Of a stretch of DNA of 64,000 nucleotides, positions 58,944 to 64,000 are shown in pieces (within the stretch, counting starts at the first letter, position 1; each line of letters begins with the position of its first letter). Under the pieces are notes generated by a model. It was not told the DNA's origin, did not search any database, and saw only the letters and a program-made list of their open reading frames with translations. Source of the stretch: Myxococcota bacterium (GTDB lineage: Bacteria > Myxococcota_A > UBA796 > UBA2385); NCBI GenBank assembly GCA_044344255.1, contig JBIJDH010000003.1:512001-576000 (forward strand). Direction: 5' to 3'. A program made the position numbers and the translations under genes.

Positions 58944-59792
58944 TCAGCCCTTCGCGGGGCGCATCGCGGCGAGGGCGGCCTTGATGTCTTCCCGAGGCCA
59001 GTCCGTGAGCAGGCTGAACTCCTGCCCGCCCTTGAGCCACTCCCCGCCGTCGATGGTCACGATCTCCCCGGTCACGTAGGCGGCGCCGGGGGCCATCAGG
59101 TAGCAGGCGAGGTTGGCGAGCTCGGGCAGCTCGCCGAAGCGGCCGGCGGGGATGCGCTTCAAGGTGGTCTCCTCCATCCCCGAGGCCATCAGCCGGCTGA
59201 AGGCCCCTTCGGTGGGGAAGGGCCCAGGCGCGATGCCGTTGCAGCGGATCCCGTAGTGGGCCCACTCCACGGCGAGAGAGCGGGTCATGGCGAGCACGCC
59301 GGCCTTGGCCATCGCGCTCGGCAGCACGAAGCCGGAGCCCATCCAGGCGTAGGTGGTGAGGATGGAGAGCACCGACCCCTTCGTGCCGCGGGCGATCCAC
59401 CGCCGCCCGAGCTCGGTGGTGCAGTGGAAGCTCCCGTACATCACGATCTGCACGACGGAGTTGAAGCCACCGGCGCTGAGGTCTTCGGAGGGGCAAAGAA
59501 AATTGCCGGCCGCGTTGTTCACGAGGCCCGTGATCGGCCCGAGCTCGGCCTCGAGGGCATCCACCGCGGCCGTGACCGAGGCCGGGACCTTCACGTCGAG
59601 CGGCGCCCAGGCGGCGGTGCCTCCGGCGGCGCGGATGGCCTCGACGGTCTCCTGAAGCGGCTCTGGGCGGCGACCGCCGACCGCGATCCTCGCGCCGAGC
59701 TCGGCCATACGCTCGGCCATCGCCCGGCCGAGTCCGGTGCCCCCGCCCGTGATGAGGATCGTCTGGCCAGCTAGCAGATCGGTCGAAAACAT
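58944..59792 (-). CDS. SDR oxidoreductase, 2,4-dienoyl-CoA reductase-like
   Basis: ITGGGTGLG, NNAAGNF, SAMAKAGVLAMTRSLAVEW and IAPGPFPT. Confidence 0.92.
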   Translation of the reverse strand: MFSTDLLAGQTILITGGGTGLGRAMAERMAELGARIAVGGRRPEPLQETVEAIRAAGGTAAWAPLDVKVPASVTAAVDALEAELGPITGLVNNAAGNFLCPSEDLSAGGFNSVVQIVMYGSFHCTTELGRRWIARGTKGSVLSILTTYAWMGSGFVLPSAMAKAGVLAMTRSLAVEWAHYGIRCNGIAPGPFPTEGAFSRLMASGMEETTLKRIPAGRFGELPELANLACYLMAPGAAYVTGEIVTIDGGEWLKGGQEFSLLTDWPREDIKAALAAMRPAKG

Positions 59793-59916
59793 GGGCGCTC
59801 CGGAGGGCGAGGAGAGTCGGCGACGAATTTCTGGGGAGGCTCGTTAACCGACCGCGCTACGTTGACACCTCTGAGTGGATGGCGGGGCGCTGCGCCCGCA
59901 CCGTGGGAGCATCGGC

Positions 59917-60516
59917 ATGAACTATGCGGCCCTCTACGAGCGGATCCTCCGCAAGGTGGACGATCAGTCCTACCTTCCCCTCGTGGACTCCGTGGCCGAC
60001 GCCGCCCAGCGTCAGGCCCTGCAGCCCTTCCAGCAGATGATGCTCAGCCGCGACTTTGACGCCGCGCTCGTGCTGGAGATGCTCAGCGGGCTGGCCGCGG
60101 CGGGGCGAATCGATCGGGTGATCCACCTCTCTTGTCAGCACGCGGTCGCCACCAAGCAGCGCGACCACACGCTCGCCGCCCGTCTGGTCGGCGAGCAGGA
60201 GATGGCCGCCATCGAGCTCGGCGGTCCCAACCTACAGAGCAACCTCGCCAGCGTGGAGCGGCACCGTGGAGTGCTGGCCTTCCGTCTCGGCAGCTACGAG
60301 GTGGCCCTCGACTACTTCTCCCGCGCCTTCGAGCGGCAGCGCAGCGCGGGCAACCTCTCGAACGTGCTCGCGACGTTGATCCGCCTCGGGGACGAAGGCG
60401 AGGCCCGGGAGCTGCTCCAGCAGGTGCAGCGGTCCCTCCCGACTGCCCTCGTCACCGAGCTCAACCGATTGATCGCCCTCGATCCGGACCTCTCTCTCCT
60501 GCGTACGGAGCCTTAG
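59917..60516 (+). CDS. Cytoplasmic TPR-containing helical protein
   Basis: RGVLAFRLGSYEVALDYFSRAFE / NLSNVLATLIRLGDEGEARELL TPR pattern. No signal peptide or TM segment. Confidence 0.78.
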   Translation: MNYAALYERILRKVDDQSYLPLVDSVADAAQRQALQPFQQMMLSRDFDAALVLEMLSGLAAAGRIDRVIHLSCQHAVATKQRDHTLAARLVGEQEMAAIELGGPNLQSNLASVERHRGVLAFRLGSYEVALDYFSRAFERQRSAGNLSNVLATLIRLGDEGEARELLQQVQRSLPTALVTELNRLIALDPDLSLLRTEP

Positions 60517-60518
60517 CC

Positions 60519-60752
60519 ATGAATTTCCTCGCCCTTTATTCGTGGCTCCTCCTCTCCCTCAGCCCGAGCTCCACCGCGCCCGTCGGCAGCGCCAGCGGGC
60601 ATGCCGGCTGCGGCGCGCACGGCACCGCCGCGTACGCCCGGTGTGTGCGGGAGGGTGAAGAGGCGACCTCGGGCTCCACCAGCGGGGGGGGGGGCCAGGA
60701 TGGGCGGGGCCAGTACTCGACCGATCCTCGCCCCATTTACGACGGGATCTGA
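60519..60752 (+). CDS. Small exported peptide (77 aa)
   Basis: ATG 2 nt after the TPR stop and 3 nt before the next gene. Hydrophobic N-terminus MNFLALYSWLLLSLSPSSTA, a Cys pair, a Gly/Ser linker, and the ending STDPRPIYDGI. Confidence 0.72.
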   Translation: MNFLALYSWLLLSLSPSSTAPVGSASGHAGCGAHGTAAYARCVREGEEATSGSTSGGGGQDGRGQYSTDPRPIYDGI

Positions 60753-60755
60753 GCC

Positions 60756-61415
60756 ATGCGGTTGAACGACCGGGATGAGCTCTCCCTCCTGTTACGCGCG
60801 CTGCTCGCCGATCGGACGGCGCCCGAGACCCGGGCCCTCTGCCTCAGCCTCGCGCCCTCGATCCACCAACGGATCGCCAGTCACATCCAGCACCGGTACC
60901 CCGACCTGCTCGCCGCCCCCGACGAGGAGGAGCTGGTCGAAGAGGTGCTGATGGAGCTCCTCACCAACGGGCTGCGCAATTTCCGGGGGGGCACGGTGCC
61001 CGAGCTCGTGGCCTACGTCCGTCGGATCGCGGACTGCGCGGTCTGGAAGCGCGCCACCCGTCGCCGTCGCGAGCGAGACGCCCTGGCCGGCGAGGTGGGC
61101 GAGATCGTGAGGAGCTGGTCTTCGGCGGCGCCCGAGGTGGAGGAGAGCCTCCGCCATCTGCCGGCATGTCCGCTCAGCTCGACCGATGAGGCCTACCTCC
61201 TCGAGCTGCTCCGGGCCGGGAGCCGCGCCGACTTCGCCCGTCGCCAGGGTGTGAGTCGCGCCGCGGTGACGCAGCGGGTCCAGCGAATCCGGGACCGGAT
61301 CGAGGCCCTCTCGCCGCTCGACCGCGCCTCGGCGGAGGCCTGGCTCCTCCACGCCGCCGACGTCGCGATTCGTCAGCGTGCCGAACAGACCCCGATCGAC
61401 GCCCGGGCCCGCTGA
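60756..61415 (+). CDS. ECF-type sigma-70-like factor
   Basis: Region-2-like DEEELVEEVLMELL...F.G...LVAYVRRIA....KRATRRRRE and region-4 HTH SRADFARRQGVSRAAVTQRVQRIR. Confidence 0.75.
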   Translation: MRLNDRDELSLLLRALLADRTAPETRALCLSLAPSIHQRIASHIQHRYPDLLAAPDEEELVEEVLMELLTNGLRNFRGGTVPELVAYVRRIADCAVWKRATRRRRERDALAGEVGEIVRSWSSAAPEVEESLRHLPACPLSSTDEAYLLELLRAGSRADFARRQGVSRAAVTQRVQRIRDRIEALSPLDRASAEAWLLHAADVAIRQRAEQTPIDARAR

Positions 61416-61418
61416 TGG

Positions 61419-62408
61419 TCAGAGGGCGAAGCGCGCGCCCACATGCCCGCCGAAGCTTCGATCGAGGCCGGCGTTGAGCTGTCCATATAGGCGGAGGTAG
61501 GCGAGGTTGATCTGCAGGCCGCCGAAGAAGCGGGGGGTGAAGAGGTCGCCCTGGCCGACGCTGGAGATCGAGGCGGTGGCTGAGCCGATCTTCTGCGTCT
61601 CTCCGTCAGCCCGGACCGTGATGTCGCCGGTGAGGGCGATGTCGCTGACCGCGTTGCCCTGAGGGGTGATGTCGACGGCCGCCCCCAAAAAGGGCGACAA
61701 GATCCGGAGCTGCATCCCCGTCGAGAGCTCGACCGGGATGCTGTTGGACGTGGCGGTGATCTCGTAGGTTCCGTCGGCGTCCCAGGTGATCTTCCCCGAC
61801 TCCACGGGAACCGACTCGGCGAGCCCCACGCGGTAGCGGGCGTGCTCAAAGCCGGTGGTGAGGTTGAAGCCACCCCACGCGGTCTTCTTCTGGGAGGTGG
61901 GCCCGCCGAGGTTGAATTGCATGTGGGCGCCCAGGTTGAGCAGGTCGCCGGTGAAGGGGGCGTGGTTGGCCTGCGAGGCCATCCCGTTCACGTAGAGCCG
62001 GAAGTGCCGTGCGGGGCTGCCGTCCTTTGCGCCAACGCCGAAATTAATTCCGGCCATCGCCGCCAACTGAAAGGCAAAGCCGCCGTTTGGGAGGTAGTTG
62101 TCTCCCCAGCCGAGGCGCACCCCGTTCGAGTTCACCGCGCTGCCAAACGCGACCCCCGCGACGAAGCGCTGCGGGTTGCTGGCATAGTCCACCCCCATCC
62201 CCTTGGTCGACATCGTGGTGGCGTTCGCCATCTTCACGAGGAAGTCTTGCTGATCGTCGAGGGAGAGCTGCTCGTTCATCGCCCCGCGCATTTGATCATC
62301 GTAGGTGTCGGCGTTCACGCCGGCGGCGGCAGAGAGCGTGGGGTCCAGGTTCACCGAGATCTGCTGGGCCAGCGCGGCGTCGGTGAGGGCAAGGAGGAGA
62401 AGGACCAT
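61419..62408 (-). CDS. Exported/outer-membrane beta-barrel protein (Lsa36-like)
   Basis: Signal peptide, MANATTMSTKGMGVDYAS, and amphipathic strands ending VGARFAL. Confidence 0.7.
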   Translation of the reverse strand: MVLLLLALTDAALAQQISVNLDPTLSAAAGVNADTYDDQMRGAMNEQLSLDDQQDFLVKMANATTMSTKGMGVDYASNPQRFVAGVAFGSAVNSNGVRLGWGDNYLPNGGFAFQLAAMAGINFGVGAKDGSPARHFRLYVNGMASQANHAPFTGDLLNLGAHMQFNLGGPTSQKKTAWGGFNLTTGFEHARYRVGLAESVPVESGKITWDADGTYEITATSNSIPVELSTGMQLRILSPFLGAAVDITPQGNAVSDIALTGDITVRADGETQKIGSATASISSVGQGDLFTPRFFGGLQINLAYLRLYGQLNAGLDRSFGGHVGARFAL

Positions 62409-62430
62409 CAGCGCGCTCCGTTGGGGGCCA

Positions 62431-63804
62431 TTATGGCCCCTCGGTCTCGCTCACGCCATCGCCGAGGCCAAGCCGTGAGAGCTTGTTGAGCAGCCCTTGG
62501 CGAGAGAGCCCGAGGCGGAGGGCCGTTCGGCTGCGATTGCCCCCCTCTGTGGCCAAGGCCGCGGCGATGACCCGCCGCTCGAGGGCCTCGACTTGCCCGG
62601 AGAGGGTGCTCCCATCCGGGCCTGTGGTCGGGGCCTGTAAACCGAGATCTGCGGGTACCACGGCCGGGCGTGAGCCCGCCATGACGGCGGCCCGCTGCAT
62701 GCAATGGCGGAGCTCGCGGAGGTTCCCGGGCCAGGGGTGGGCGAGCAAGGCCTGCTCGGCCGCTGGTGTGAGGGCGTGAGCGCCGCCGACGAGGGTCTCG
62801 GCCTGACAGAGGAAGTGTCGCGCCAGGATGATGATGTCCTCGCCCCGGTCTCGGAGGGGCGGGAGGCTGATCTCGATGCCGCGCAGGCGCCAGAAGAGGT
62901 CGTCGCGGAACGCGCCCTCGCGGGTGAGGCGGCTGAGATCGCGGTTGGTCGCCGAGACGATGCGCACGTCCACATGGACGGTCCGGTCCGCCCCCACAGG
63001 CAAGATCTCGCCGGCCTCGATCGCGCGCAGGAGGCGGACCTGGGTGGGCGGCTCGAGGTCGCCCACCTCGTCCAGGAAGAGCGTACCCCCATGTGCCTCC
63101 GTGAAGAGGCCCTTCCGCGCGCGATCCGCGCCGGTGAAGGCGCCCTTCACGTGCCCGAAGAGCGTGCTCTCCAGCAGGGTGGGCGGCAGCGCGCCGCAGT
63201 TGACCGCCACCCAGGGCTGGCCGGCGCGGCGGGAGGCCTCGTGGACCCGGCGGGCGAGGAGCTCCTTTCCGGTGCCGTGCTCGCCGGTGATCAGCACGGC
63301 GAGATCGGTGGGGCCGACCCGATCCGCGAGATCGACCGCGGAGATGAGCTGAGGCGCTCGGCCAACCAGGCCCCCGCCCGGTTGACGCTCGACGAGCTGC
63401 TGCTTGAGGGCGGCGATCTCCCGCTCCATCTGGCCGAGCGCCGCCGCCCGCTTGAGCACCACGAGCAGCACGTCGGGATCGACCGGCTTCTGCAGGTGGT
63501 CGTGGGCCCCACGGCGCACGGAGGCGAGGGCCACGTCTCGGGCGCCAGAGCCCGTGACCACCACCACCTTGGCGGAGGGACAGCGCTGGAGGAGCTGGTC
63601 CAGCAGGTTCAGGCCCTCCTCGGCGCGCTGGGTGGGCGGCAGCATCAGGTCGAGCAGCACGAGATCGGGCGCAACCCGCGTCGCCGCACTCACGGCCGCC
63701 ACCGCGTCGGCGGCCTCGGAGACGACGTAGCCCTCCGCCTCGAGGAGGGGCCGGTAGACGCGGCGCAGCGCGGCGTCGTCTTCGACCCAGAGCAGGTGTG
63801 TCAT
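62431..63804 (-). CDS. Sigma-54-dependent response regulator (NtrC family)
   Basis: Receiver domain (WVEDD, LLDLMLP), GEHGTGKE, FGHVKGAFTGA, FLDEVG, WPGNLREL and a Fis-type HTH. Confidence 0.95.
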   Translation of the reverse strand: MTHLLWVEDDAALRRVYRPLLEAEGYVVSEAADAVAAVSAATRVAPDLVLLDLMLPPTQRAEEGLNLLDQLLQRCPSAKVVVVTGSGARDVALASVRRGAHDHLQKPVDPDVLLVVLKRAAALGQMEREIAALKQQLVERQPGGGLVGRAPQLISAVDLADRVGPTDLAVLITGEHGTGKELLARRVHEASRRAGQPWVAVNCGALPPTLLESTLFGHVKGAFTGADRARKGLFTEAHGGTLFLDEVGDLEPPTQVRLLRAIEAGEILPVGADRTVHVDVRIVSATNRDLSRLTREGAFRDDLFWRLRGIEISLPPLRDRGEDIIILARHFLCQAETLVGGAHALTPAAEQALLAHPWPGNLRELRHCMQRAAVMAGSRPAVVPADLGLQAPTTGPDGSTLSGQVEALERRVIAAALATEGGNRSRTALRLGLSRQGLLNKLSRLGLGDGVSETEGP

Positions 63805-63830
63805 GGACCGGTAGATATGGTGCTCAATCC

Positions 63831-63846
63831 AGCGGCGCACGTGCCA
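63831..63846 (-). promoter_or_regulatory. Putative sigma-54 promoter upstream of the NtrC-family regulator
   Basis: Minus strand TGGCAC-GTGCG-CCGCT, with correct GG(-24)/GC(-12) spacing. Confidence 0.5.
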
Positions 63847-63894
63847 GTTCGGCGGCGACAGGGCTACATTCGGAGCCCCGCTCAGGTGCCCCTC

Positions 63895-64000
63895 ATGCGT
63901 CTACTCGCCCTCCTCTTCCTCGCTCCGACGGTCCACGCCGAGCTCCCGCTCCCCACCTACCCGCAGTGCGGCGAGCCCGATCGTCCTGACCTTTGTCCTG
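63895..64000 (+). CDS. Secreted protein, 5' fragment
   Basis: MRLLALLFLAPTVHA|ELPLPTYPQCGEPDRPDLCP..., open to the window end. Confidence 0.7.
   Translation, partial: MRLLALLFLAPTVHAELPLPTYPQCGEPDRPDLCP

Noticed and set aside
60519..60752. Small peptide as a RiPP precursor for the nearby radical SAM enzymes
   Set aside because: The radical SAMs are B12-type without SPASM/RRE, lie on the opposite strand and are separated by an SDR. The peptide has a Sec-like signal and is coupled to the TPR and sigma genes.

Overview
A very GC-rich (about 70-75% by eye), gene-dense chromosomal window that looks like a Myxococcota/myxobacteria-like genome. Indicators are Pkn-type Ser/Thr kinases, a MYXO-CTERM-like tail, MopE/FG-GAP lipoproteins and a CglF/GltF-like gliding protein. 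Core genes are dinB, pgi, type III glnA, tldD-pmbA, rimP-nusA-ylxR-infB-DUF503, prfC, an A-type Fe-S carrier, an M16 peptidase pair, tnaA, two B12-radical SAM genes, an SDR and a sigma-54 response regulator. I see no tRNA, rRNA, CRISPR array, transposase or integrase. Most long ORFs in the track are antisense or off-frame shadows, and I reassigned several start codons by eye. The two most interesting loci are (1) a tightly coupled three-gene module at 59.9-61.4 kb (cytoplasmic TPR protein, small exported propeptide with a G11 tract, ECF-like sigma factor) that resembles an RRNPP-style peptide signalling circuit, and (2) a dpgA-dpgB type III PKS unit at 43.3-47.5 kb that lacks dpgC/D and NRPS genes and is followed by a GNAT and an MBL-fold protein. 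Other observations are a LexA box on the dinB start, the rimP-leader terminator, probable CTG and leaderless starts, a Sel1-repeat/beta-barrel fusion, a kinase with an AMIN-like ectodomain and an orphan MbcA/ParS-like antitoxin. All family assignments come from motif recognition; no database searches were run.
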